Positions 8,763 to 17,674 are shown, numbered from the stretch's first letter. The stretch: DNA of 43,464 nucleotides from Candidatus Nomurabacteria bacterium (GCA_026395935.1 JAPLXT010000056.1:1-43464), one strand, 5' to 3'. Translations and numbers: made by a program. The notes: a model not told the origin generated them from the sequence alone.

Positions 8763-11105
8763 ATGCCCTCAAAAAAGAAAGTGTCCAGTACAAAAAAAAT
8801 AGTCGATGCAAAAAATAAAAAAGTTGTTGCAAAGGTTCTCAAGAAAACTAACAAGAATGATTTTATTAAAGGCGTTCAAAAAAGAGATGGAGAAATTGTT
8901 CCATTTGATATCGAAAAAATTACGAATGCTGTTAATAAAGCAATGCTTGCAGGTGGTGAAGGCTCAATAGAGGAAGCGTCCGTGGTAGCTCGCAAGGTTT
9001 TGGCAGAGATGGAATTGATATCCAAGGAAAATAAGAAATTTATACCGACAATTGAAGGTATTCAAGACTCTGTCGAGAAGCAATTAATGCTTTCTGACTA
9101 TGTAAAAGCTTCGAAGAACTACATTCTCTATCGAGAAGAGAGAGCTCGTTTACGTTCCTCTGGTATTTATGTTCCTGATCATGTAAAAAAGTTAACTGAC
9201 GAAAGTAAAAAATATTTTAGGAATCCACTTTCTGAATTTGTTTACTATCGTTCGTATGCAAAATGGATTGAAGAGGAGGGCAGACGCGAGACTTGGATCG
9301 AGACGATCGATCGCTACATGAATTTCATGAAAAGTAATCTCGGTGACAAATTGAAAGAGTCTGAGTATCTTGAGGTTCGTGAAGCAATTCTAAGACAAGA
9401 AGCAATGCCATCGATGCGTCTCATACAATTCGCCGGAGCAGCTTGTGAAAAGACGAATGTCTGTGCATATAATTGTTCATTCGTTGCACCTGCATCATTC
9501 CAAGATTTTGGTGAAATAATTTATATCTCGATGTGTGGAACTGGAGTAGGATTCTCTGTTGAAAGTAAAAACATTCAATCACTTCCACAAATAAAACTTC
9601 AAAGTGGAAAGAAATTAGCTACTTTTGTTGTACCTGATACTAAAGAAGGTTGGGCAGATGCATTTGTTTTTGGAATGAAAACATGGTTTGAAGGAAAAGA
9701 TATTGATTTCGATTTTTCACTTCTTCGTCCTGCGGGAGCCCGCCTTAAAATAATGGGAGGTAAGAGTTCTGGACCAAAGCCACTTATGGACTTGCTCGGC
9801 TTTACTCGCGACAGAGTCATGAGACGCCAAGGCAGACATCTTCGCAATATTGATGCTCACGACATTATATGTAAAATAGGTGAATGTGTCGTTTCAGGTG
9901 GAGTTCGCCGAAGTGCCCTTATTTCACTGTCTGATTTAGACGATCAAGATATGCGTGATGCAAAAAATGGCCAATTCTGGATCAATGAAGGTCAGCGTAT
10001 GCTTGCGAACAACTCAGCAGTTTATAATGTAAAACCAACAGAAACAGAATTTTTGAAAGAATGGATTGCTCTTATGGAATCAGGATCAGGAGAGAGAGGA
10101 ATATTCAATCGTGAATCACTTTACAAAACTTTACCAAAGAGACGTCTTGAAAAGTCTGCTGACTATATCGGTGAGATGGGGACCAATCCTTGCGGAGAAA
10201 TAATTCTAAGATCAAAACAATTCTGTAATCTTTCTGAAGTTGTAGCCCGCGCAGAAGATAAAGAAGAAGATCTACTTCGAAAAATTCGTATTGCAACAAT
10301 CCTAGGTACTTATCAGTCTACACTTACAAAATTCGGATACCTTTCAAAAGAATGGAAGACTAATTGTGATGAAGAGAGACTTCTCGGCGTCTCAGTGACT
10401 GGTCAGTGGGATTCAAAGATTGCACGTAATGCGGAGATGTTAGCGAAGCTTCGACTTGAAGCAATTCGCATAAATAAAATTTATGCTAAAAGATTTGGGA
10501 TAAGTGAATCTACATGTATCACAGCAGTGAAGCCATCGGGAACAGTTTCTCAGACAGTTGACTGTTCGTCCGGTATGCATCCTCGTCACGCGCCTTACTA
10601 CATCCGCCGTATTCGTATCTCAGCTACAGATTCTCTTTTCAAAATGATGAAAGACCAAGGAGTTCCTTTTCATCCAGAAGTAGGACAGAATCTAGGAGAT
10701 GCTAATACTTTCGTTCTAGAATTTCCGATGAAGGCACCTAATGATGCAATTTGTAAAGACGACATCACTGCTATCGAACAGCTTGAACATTGGAAAATAG
10801 TAAAAGTAAATTACACAGAACATAATCCTTCCGTTACTATTTCAGTAGGGGAGAATGAATGGATCAAGGTCGCTCACTGGCTTTATCAGAATTGGGACAT
10901 TGTCGGAGGACTTTCTTTCCTTCCAAGAACTAATCACGTTTATCAACTTGCCCCTTATGAAGCGATAGATGAGAAGACTTATAAAGAATTAGTAGGGAGA
11001 ATGCCTGACTTTGATTTCTCAAAAATTGTGACTTATGAATTACGTGATGAGACCGAAGTAAAGAGAGAGCTTGCTTGTACTTCTGGTGTTTGTGATATAG
11101 TGTAA
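8763..11105 (+). CDS. nrdJ: Class II (adenosylcobalamin-dependent) ribonucleotide reductase with N-terminal ATP-cone
   Basis: ATP-cone (VQKRDGEIVPFDIEKI), active-site TNPCGEI motif, and C-terminal redox pair CTSGVCD. Length and motifs fit NrdJ. Confidence 0.88.
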   Translation: MPSKKKVSSTKKIVDAKNKKVVAKVLKKTNKNDFIKGVQKRDGEIVPFDIEKITNAVNKAMLAGGEGSIEEASVVARKVLAEMELISKENKKFIPTIEGIQDSVEKQLMLSDYVKASKNYILYREERARLRSSGIYVPDHVKKLTDESKKYFRNPLSEFVYYRSYAKWIEEEGRRETWIETIDRYMNFMKSNLGDKLKESEYLEVREAILRQEAMPSMRLIQFAGAACEKTNVCAYNCSFVAPASFQDFGEIIYISMCGTGVGFSVESKNIQSLPQIKLQSGKKLATFVVPDTKEGWADAFVFGMKTWFEGKDIDFDFSLLRPAGARLKIMGGKSSGPKPLMDLLGFTRDRVMRRQGRHLRNIDAHDIICKIGECVVSGGVRRSALISLSDLDDQDMRDAKNGQFWINEGQRMLANNSAVYNVKPTETEFLKEWIALMESGSGERGIFNRESLYKTLPKRRLEKSADYIGEMGTNPCGEIILRSKQFCNLSEVVARAEDKEEDLLRKIRIATILGTYQSTLTKFGYLSKEWKTNCDEERLLGVSVTGQWDSKIARNAEMLAKLRLEAIRINKIYAKRFGISESTCITAVKPSGTVSQTVDCSSGMHPRHAPYYIRRIRISATDSLFKMMKDQGVPFHPEVGQNLGDANTFVLEFPMKAPNDAICKDDITAIEQLEHWKIVKVNYTEHNPSVTISVGENEWIKVAHWLYQNWDIVGGLSFLPRTNHVYQLAPYEAIDEKTYKELVGRMPDFDFSKIVTYELRDETEVKRELACTSGVCDIV

Positions 11106-11114
11106 AGAGAATTT

Positions 11115-11636
11115 ATGAAAAGTTGGATTAAATATACAATTACATTCGTTTCTGTAATGGTCTTTAGGCTCATGCCCTTTCGGGCACCGAATGTAGAGCC
11201 TATAATGGCAACTATAATGCCCTTGGGTAAAGTTTATGGAGGATTTCATGCATTTCTATTTGGATTCCTTAGTATTGTCTTGTATGATTCCGTCACTTCA
11301 GGATTTGGTATCTGGACCCTTATAACAGCTTTGGCTTATGGAGCGCTAGGTGTAGGAGCAACATATTTCTTTAAGAATCGCTCTGGTTGGAGGAATTACG
11401 CTTTGTATGCAGTCATTGCTACTATCTTCTACGATGCTGTTACAGGATTAACTCTCGGACCTTTGTTCTTCCATCAATCATTTATGATGTCACTAGCGGG
11501 GCAGATTCCATTTACAATACTTCACTTGATTGGAAACGTTTCATTTGCTATAGTTCTATCACCAGTGATTGAAAAATGGATGGCAAAGAGTGAGGTCGCA
11601 GTGGCGAGGAAAGAGTTAGTTGTTTTGGTCAGTTAG
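11115..11636 (+). CDS. Small 5-6 TM membrane protein, ECF-S-component-like; candidate vitamin permease
   Basis: 173 aa, all hydrophobic helices, N-terminal 'FRLMPFRAPNVEPI' motif. Lies 9 nt after nrdJ and immediately upstream of the B12 riboswitch. Function is inferred from context only. Confidence 0.4.
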   Translation: MKSWIKYTITFVSVMVFRLMPFRAPNVEPIMATIMPLGKVYGGFHAFLFGFLSIVLYDSVTSGFGIWTLITALAYGALGVGATYFFKNRSGWRNYALYAVIATIFYDAVTGLTLGPLFFHQSFMMSLAGQIPFTILHLIGNVSFAIVLSPVIEKWMAKSEVAVARKELVVLVS

Positions 11637-11656
11637 TTGTTTAAAAAATTTGAATT

Positions 11657-11781
11657 AATATGTTTGGAAGTGAGGTGTGAATCCTCCACTGTGCCGCAAC
11701 GGTAATGCTCGAAAGAGATGAGTCCGGTCTTAACATATTGATAATCCCGAGCAGGAGAATATATTCTTATATATTAATAAA
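11657..11781 (+). promoter_or_regulatory. Cobalamin (B12) riboswitch, compact aptamer plus expression platform
   Basis: GGAAGTGAGGTGTGAATCCTCCACTGTGCCGCAACGGTAA matches the conserved cobalamin-riboswitch core (GGTG.GAATCC...CTG.GCCGCAACGGTAA). A B12-box-like GAGTCCGG follows. P1 is AATATGTT (11657-11664) / AACATATT (11732-11739). Confidence 0.8.
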
Positions 11782-11782
11782 A

Positions 11783-11808
11783 CTTCTGCTCAAGGCAGGA
11801 GCTTTTTT
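11783..11808 (+). terminator. Riboswitch-controlled intrinsic terminator
   Basis: CTTCTGC (11783-11789) / GCAGGAG (11795-11801) stem with one G.U pair, 5-nt loop, then C+TTTTTT. An upstream AGCAGGAG (11749-11756) offers an alternative partner. Confidence 0.7.
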
Positions 11809-11819
11809 AATTTATATTT

Positions 11820-12266
11820 ATGAAAAATAAAAAAATAATTATAATAGTTGGTTTAATTATATCTTTAATTATAATTTTTTTGATTATTCACCCCTCCGTC
11901 CTACGGACACCTCCCCTTAGCAGGGGAGGAATAAATACAGAGATAGTGCCTAAGGCACTATCTGAGAAAAACGTAAAAGTTTTTCTAACAGTACAAGAGA
12001 AAAAATATGAGACGGAAGTAAAAGAAAGTGGAACGGTATTTGAGGTAATGAAAAAAATACAAGATGAAAGTAGTAGTGCAAATCCATTTAGTTTTAAATA
12101 TACAGAGAATCCAAACTTAGGAGTATTTATAAATGAAATCAATGGTTTAAAAGGAGGAGGCGATGGATATTGGATTTATTATGTGAATGGGATTGAGGCT
12201 AATGTTGGTATATCAAATTATAAAATTAAGAATGGGGATATAATCTCTTGGAAATATGAAAAATAA
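11820..12266 (+). CDS. Membrane-anchored DUF4430 (transcobalamin C-domain-like) protein
   Basis: N-terminal TM anchor, then the DUF4430 pattern ..GTVFEVMKK..GVFINEINGL..GYWIYYVNG..IKNGDIISWKY. First gene downstream of the B12 riboswitch. Confidence 0.7.
   Translation: MKNKKIIIIVGLIISLIIIFLIIHPSVLRTPPLSRGGINTEIVPKALSEKNVKVFLTVQEKKYETEVKESGTVFEVMKKIQDESSSANPFSFKYTENPNLGVFINEINGLKGGGDGYWIYYVNGIEANVGISNYKIKNGDIISWKYEK
11887..11932 (+). repeat. GC-rich hairpin element, copy 1 (in frame inside the CDS)
   Basis: TTCACCCCTCCGTCCTACGGACACCTCCCCTTAGCAGGGGAGGAAT is near-identical to 43214-43257. Contains the 8-bp hairpin CCTCCCCT (11910-11917) / AGGGGAGG (11922-11929). Encodes HPSVLRTPPLSRGG. Confidence 0.8.
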
Positions 12267-13803
12267 AATTAAGGTCTCGTTTGTTTTATTTTGTTTAAGT
12301 TTTGTTTTATTAGGGCATAATTTCGTGTTAGCTGATGATATTCAAAATTTTTCAATTACAAAAAATATATCTCTTCCTGACAATTGTTCAATTAAAGATA
12401 CTAATGATAAGACACATATTTTTCCAGAGGAAAGCTCATCGAGTAAATTTCTAGGTATTTGTGCACTTGAAGAAGCTAAAAAACAAGGAGCGATTGATGA
12501 TTTTAAAATTGTTGAGTATCCATTTGGACTTTTTATTGATTCTATAAATAATTTAAAATCAGATACATCATATTGGGCCCTTTATCTAAATGATATATAC
12601 GAGGAGCGTGGTTTAACAATACTTCCTTTATTATCTGGTGATAAGATGTCGCTTGTTTATGTTGATTTTAATAATGTAGAATTGGGTTCACGTGTTGATA
12701 TTCATATTGATGAACTTACTCCATCGCCTGAGAAAAGAACAAGTGGTAGTAGTGGTAGTTATATAAGAGGATTTATTCCACAAATAGTCACCGAAAAAGT
12801 TTTTTCCGTAGAAAATGCTTTAAAATTTTTAGAAATAAATCAGAAAAGTGACGGATCATATAGTGCTCCAATGTATACTGATTGGGTGGCCGTAGCTATT
12901 GGGGCAGGGGATGATAAAGAGATAAAATCAAAACTAATAAATTATTTGAAAGAGAATGGGATAGATTCATCTGTTGTGACCGACAACGAAAGACATGCAA
13001 TGGCCCTTATGTCTTTAGGAATAGATCCATATACTGGCACAAAAGTAAATTATATTAAAAAAATTACTGACAGTTTCGATGGAATTCAATTTGGTGATAA
13101 AACTCTTGTGAATGATGATATATTTGCTTTGATTGTTTTGAAAAATGCTGGGTATTCTATAAACGATGAATTAATAATAAAGGATCTAAACTATATTATT
13201 TCTAAACAAGGTGAAGATGGTTCTTGGGGGAGTATCGACATGACAGCTGCGGGAATACAAGCCTTAAAAAGTTTTGAAAATATTTCCGGTGTGAATGACG
13301 CAATTTTGAAGGCAGAAAAATATATAACAACAAATCAAAAGATAGATGGTGGCTTCGAAAATTCGTCGTCTACTTCTTGGGTGCTTCAAATTTTATCCGA
13401 AAATAAAGAAATTTTAAAAACAGAAGGTTACTTAGCTTCTAAACAAGAGGCAGATGGCGGAATGGAAAGCGTCGGAACTGACTTGAATACTCGTATATGG
13501 GCAACGGCGTATGCGATCCCTGCGATTTTATACAAACCTTGGGGTGCAATCTTAAATAATTTCCCCAAACCAGATATAAGTACTTTAACATTAAACAAAA
13601 ATGAAATTATTAAGCAAAACAGAAAAGTTACTTCTAAAATATTTAATATAAATAATGGTGAGGTCATAAAAAATGGAGAAGATAGAAGAAAAATAGAAAA
13701 TATAATTGATAGTAATGGGGAAGTGAAAATTAATAAACCTTCGAATATATGGCGAGTTTTCAAGGCTCCTTTTAGTTGGCTTTTGGGAAAGCTTGGATTC
13801 TGA
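12256..13803 (+). CDS. Secreted DUF4430 + alpha/alpha-toroid (prenyltransferase/terpene-cyclase-repeat) protein, transcobalamin-like
   Basis: Signal peptide; N-terminal DUF4430-like segment (FGLFIDSINNL..SYWALYLND); four Q..DG(S/G)(W/F/Y/M) repeats (QKSDGSYS, QGEDGSWG, QKIDGGFE, QEADGGME). Overlaps the upstream gene by 11 nt. Confidence 0.7.
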   Translation: MKNKIKVSFVLFCLSFVLLGHNFVLADDIQNFSITKNISLPDNCSIKDTNDKTHIFPEESSSSKFLGICALEEAKKQGAIDDFKIVEYPFGLFIDSINNLKSDTSYWALYLNDIYEERGLTILPLLSGDKMSLVYVDFNNVELGSRVDIHIDELTPSPEKRTSGSSGSYIRGFIPQIVTEKVFSVENALKFLEINQKSDGSYSAPMYTDWVAVAIGAGDDKEIKSKLINYLKENGIDSSVVTDNERHAMALMSLGIDPYTGTKVNYIKKITDSFDGIQFGDKTLVNDDIFALIVLKNAGYSINDELIIKDLNYIISKQGEDGSWGSIDMTAAGIQALKSFENISGVNDAILKAEKYITTNQKIDGGFENSSSTSWVLQILSENKEILKTEGYLASKQEADGGMESVGTDLNTRIWATAYAIPAILYKPWGAILNNFPKPDISTLTLNKNEIIKQNRKVTSKIFNINNGEVIKNGEDRRKIENIIDSNGEVKINKPSNIWRVFKAPFSWLLGKLGF

Positions 13804-13815
13804 TATACTAGATAG

Positions 13816-14079
13816 ATGAAAACACAAGTCAAATTCATTATATTTATAGTAGCAGTTGTAGTATTAGTAGGAGGTTTTGGAGTTTATTCTGCTTTTAAAT
13901 CAGCACCACCAAGTAAGCTTGATGGCTTCGCTCAATGTTTGAAAACTGGAGGAGCAGAATTCTATGGAGCATTTTGGTGTCCTCATTGTCAGGAACAAAA
14001 GGCAGAGGGAACAAGTCAAAATGGTAGACTAACACTTCAAACTTTAGCAGATAAAACGCAATGTGTACTTCCTCAATAA
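13816..14079 (+). CDS. Membrane-anchored thioredoxin-like CPHC protein, abnormally short
   Basis: TM anchor, then FYGAFWCPHCQEQK active-site motif and a C-terminal LQTLADKTQC tail. The central part expected in such proteins is missing. Confidence 0.5.
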   Translation: MKTQVKFIIFIVAVVVLVGGFGVYSAFKSAPPSKLDGFAQCLKTGGAEFYGAFWCPHCQEQKAEGTSQNGRLTLQTLADKTQCVLPQ

Positions 14080-14082
14080 TTT

Positions 14083-14640
14083 ATGCCTGCATATGTAGAA
14101 ATAGTAAATAAAATTCTTGCAATTGGAACTATCGGTCTCCAAGTTGTTGTTGTGGCTATTTTAATTGGATTAATCTTTTTCAGAAATAGAGAAAATCCTT
14201 TTTTAATGTTAGTCAAAGAATACACTTTCATTCTTGGCTTCCTTGCTGCGCTTGGAGCTTTTCTTCTATCACTTTTCTACTCTAATATTGTTGGATTTCC
14301 ACCTTGTGAACTTTGCTGGATTCAGAGAATTTTCTTATACCCACAATTAATACTTTTCGGAATGGAATTATATAAACGTGATCGCTCAATTGTAGACTTC
14401 AGTATTGTCTTTGCTACTATTGGATCAATTGTTTCTGTCTATCATCTATATATAGAGAATGGGGGAGCATCGAACCTTGGCTGTGCAGCTCTAACACCCG
14501 CAAGTGCTACTCAGGTCTCTTGCGCGACTCGTTACATTTACGAATTCGGCTACGTCACCATGCCCCTTATGGCTCTCACCTTATCTTTATTTATAATCAC
14601 CATCTTGGTAAATTATAAATACATGGCAAGAGTGAAATAA
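14083..14640 (+). CDS. Disulfide bond formation protein, DsbB/BdbC family
   Basis: 4-TM protein with CELC in the first extracytoplasmic loop and a second Cys pair (LGCAAL..VSCATRY). Adjacent to the thioredoxin-like gene. Confidence 0.75.
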   Translation: MPAYVEIVNKILAIGTIGLQVVVVAILIGLIFFRNRENPFLMLVKEYTFILGFLAALGAFLLSLFYSNIVGFPPCELCWIQRIFLYPQLILFGMELYKRDRSIVDFSIVFATIGSIVSVYHLYIENGGASNLGCAALTPASATQVSCATRYIYEFGYVTMPLMALTLSLFIITILVNYKYMARVK

Positions 14641-14679
14641 AAACACCAATATTTTATTCATATGATATAATATACTCAT

Positions 14680-16443
14680 ATGCATATTGATGAGGGGACA
14701 ATTACGAAACTTCTAAATACTTCAGGACTCGTTAGTAAGACTGACGTCGCAATGGCTTTAAAGAAAGCTAAGGAAACTAACCAATCATTAGGTTCTGTTT
14801 TGATGAGTGACGGGAAGCTAACTGAGAAAGATTGGAATAGTATGCAGGCTGTTTCCCTTGGAATCCCTTTTGTCAGCTTGAAAGGCGAGCACATACCACC
14901 TGACGTTCTAAATTTAATCCCTGAACCCATTGCAAGGACAAATAATATCATTGCCTATAAAAAAAGCACTACAGGTCTTGAAGTTGCGATGCTTGATGTA
15001 GATAATCTACCAGTTATTGATTTCATAAAAAAGAAGGTTGGTATTCGTATTCTTCCTCGTATGACTTCCTCTGACTCTATAAAAGAGGCGCTTAGTTTGT
15101 ATCAGAAAAGTTTGCAAGCAGATTTTGAAGATATAATTAAAAAGGAAAGTAATCAAATAAAACCAGTTGTTGATAATTCTCTTTCAAGTGAAAAGACGAG
15201 TAATACTGGAAAGACAGAGCAGGAACTTGCTGAAGATTTACCAATCGTTAAAATTGTAGACACACTAATCTCTCATGCAATTTTACAAGGTGCTTCTGAT
15301 ATACATATCGAGCCATGCGAAGAGTCACTTGTCGTCAGGTATCGTATTGATGGAATCTTACATGACGCCATGGTTCTCTCTAAAGATACAGCTCCCGGAA
15401 TTGTCGCTCGTATAAAAGTGCTTTCCAATTTGAAACTCGATGAGAAACGTCTTCCCCAAGATGGCAGATTCAAAATCGTAAATGATTCTGGACGAGTCTC
15501 TTTTCGTGTCTCAACTCTTCCTACTTATTTTGGAGAGAAAACAGTTATAAGAATATTGCGCGAGAACGCCAAAGGATTTTCATTGGAAGGGCTTGGTTTC
15601 CATGGCGAAGCACTTGAAAGAATTCATAGAGGTATGAAAAAAAGAAATGGAATGCTTCTAACAGCAGGGCCTACTGGTTCTGGCAAAACAACAACGCTTT
15701 ATACAATGCTCGACATTCTAAATACACCCGATGTAAATATTTCAACAGTTGAAGATCCTATAGAGTACCAAATGGCTCGTATAAACCAAACACAGACGAA
15801 AGCCGAAATAGGATTAACTTTTGCAAATGGACTACGTACCTTACTTCGTCAGGATCCAGATATCATAATGGTGGGGGAGATTCGTGATGGGGAGACGGCA
15901 GGACTCGCTGTAAATGCTTCTTTGACTGGTCACTTGGTTCTCTCTACTATTCATACGAATTCAGCAGCAGGAGCGATTCCACGTATGATAGACATGGGAG
16001 TGGAGCCTTTTTTGATCGTTTCGACAGTCAAAACTGTTATCGCTCAACGTCTAGTTCGTAAGCTTTCAGAAGAAAAGGAAGAATATCTTTTAAGTGCGGT
16101 TGAGCTCGAAGCCTTAGCGAAAGTTGTAAACCTAGATGTTGTATTGGCAGCTCTAAAAGCTGAAAGCATTGTTGCACCTGCCGCTACATGGAAAGAGATT
16201 CCATTTTATAGACCGAAGCCAAACAAAGACTCTCCAGATGGTTATCATGGACGCGTAGGAATTCACGAAGTTTTAGAAGTAAGTTCAACGATCAAAGAAA
16301 TGATATTAAAGAATTCTTCTGCTGACGATATTGAAAAAACAGCTAAAAAAGAAGGAATGATGACGATGATCGAGGATGGTATTTTCTTGGTAGCATCAGG
16401 TGTGACTTCTACAGAAGAAGTCTTACGTGTGGTCTCTGAGTAG
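14680..16443 (+). CDS. pilB: Type IV pilus assembly ATPase (GspE/PilB family)
   Basis: N-terminal T2SSE_N-like domain, Walker A GPTGSGKTT, Walker B DPDIIMVGEIRD, His box TGHLVLSTIHTN. Confidence 0.9.
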   Translation: MHIDEGTITKLLNTSGLVSKTDVAMALKKAKETNQSLGSVLMSDGKLTEKDWNSMQAVSLGIPFVSLKGEHIPPDVLNLIPEPIARTNNIIAYKKSTTGLEVAMLDVDNLPVIDFIKKKVGIRILPRMTSSDSIKEALSLYQKSLQADFEDIIKKESNQIKPVVDNSLSSEKTSNTGKTEQELAEDLPIVKIVDTLISHAILQGASDIHIEPCEESLVVRYRIDGILHDAMVLSKDTAPGIVARIKVLSNLKLDEKRLPQDGRFKIVNDSGRVSFRVSTLPTYFGEKTVIRILRENAKGFSLEGLGFHGEALERIHRGMKKRNGMLLTAGPTGSGKTTTLYTMLDILNTPDVNISTVEDPIEYQMARINQTQTKAEIGLTFANGLRTLLRQDPDIIMVGEIRDGETAGLAVNASLTGHLVLSTIHTNSAAGAIPRMIDMGVEPFLIVSTVKTVIAQRLVRKLSEEKEEYLLSAVELEALAKVVNLDVVLAALKAESIVAPAATWKEIPFYRPKPNKDSPDGYHGRVGIHEVLEVSSTIKEMILKNSSADDIEKTAKKEGMMTMIEDGIFLVASGVTSTEEVLRVVSE

Positions 16444-16452
16444 CAAAATTAA

Positions 16453-17667
16453 ATGAAATTTAAATACAAAGAACAAAATAAAGAAGGAGCTCTTATGGAA
16501 GGAGTAGCAGAATCTCCAGATATGTTTACTCTTGCTCGTGAGATTAGAGCGAAGGGGAGTATTCCTCTCTCAATAAAAGAAGTAACTGGAAAAGAATTCA
16601 AGTTTAGTTTTGATTTAGAAATTTTTGGTTCTGTTTCTCTTTCTGAAAAGATAATGTTCACGAATAATTTAAGTGGAATGCTCTCCGCCGGACTCGCTCT
16701 CACTCGTGCGCTATCAGTCCTAGAAAAACAAACCAGAAATAAAACTTTTAATAATATTCTAAAAACATTGATTGATGATATTAATAAAGGAGGAACACTT
16801 TCGACAGGAATGAAAAAATTTCCGAAAGTTTTCTCTGGAGTTTTTGTTTCGATGGTTCACTCAGGCGAAGAATCTGGTAGCTTACCAGGGACACTTAAAG
16901 AAGTAGGGGAGACACTGAAGAAAACTTATGACTTAAACAGAAAAATTAAAGGAGCTCTCATATATCCTTCCATTATTTTAGCTGCTATTTTTCTAATTGG
17001 GGTTTTGATGATGATATATGTGGTGCCAACTCTCACGAAGACCTTTTCAGATATGGGAGTGGAATTACCTGGTGCAACTCGTTTCATTATATTTATTTCG
17101 ACTTCACTAACAGATCACTTCTTACTCTTCTTCTTGGTTATAGGATCTGTCATAGGATCTTTTGTTTTATTTGCTAAGTTAAAAGCTACCCAAAGATATT
17201 TTGATTTAATTATTCTGAAAATTCCAATGCTAGGGACTTTGTTAAAAGAAATGAATACAGCTCGTACCGCAAGGACGCTTGCTTCACTACTATCCTCTGG
17301 GGTTGATGTCTCAAAAGCTCTATCTATCACAGAAGAAGTTTTACAAAATATTCATTATAAGGAATTAATCCATAATTCTATTGGCTCTATTGAGAAAGGA
17401 ATAGCATTATCAGCTTCTTTTAAAGAAAATACTCATCTTTATCCAATAATGGTGGGAGAAATGATAGAAGTGGGTGAAGAGACAGGCAAGCTATCTCAAA
17501 TACTAGTAGATATTGCAAACTTCTATGAAAATGAAGTTGATGACAAAACAAAAAACCTCTCGACGATTATAGAGCCAGTCTTAATGATTTTCATCGGAGC
17601 GGCTGTCGGATTCTTTGCCATTGCTATGATCAAGCCGATGTATTCAGTCATGGATACTATTAATTAA
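16453..17667 (+). CDS. pilC: Type IV pilus platform protein (GspF/PilC family)
   Basis: 404 aa with two GspF-type repeats, 3 TM segments, and position directly after pilB. Confidence 0.88.
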   Translation: MKFKYKEQNKEGALMEGVAESPDMFTLAREIRAKGSIPLSIKEVTGKEFKFSFDLEIFGSVSLSEKIMFTNNLSGMLSAGLALTRALSVLEKQTRNKTFNNILKTLIDDINKGGTLSTGMKKFPKVFSGVFVSMVHSGEESGSLPGTLKEVGETLKKTYDLNRKIKGALIYPSIILAAIFLIGVLMMIYVVPTLTKTFSDMGVELPGATRFIIFISTSLTDHFLLFFLVIGSVIGSFVLFAKLKATQRYFDLIILKIPMLGTLLKEMNTARTARTLASLLSSGVDVSKALSITEEVLQNIHYKELIHNSIGSIEKGIALSASFKENTHLYPIMVGEMIEVGEETGKLSQILVDIANFYENEVDDKTKNLSTIIEPVLMIFIGAAVGFFAIAMIKPMYSVMDTIN

Positions 17668-17674
17668 TTATTAT

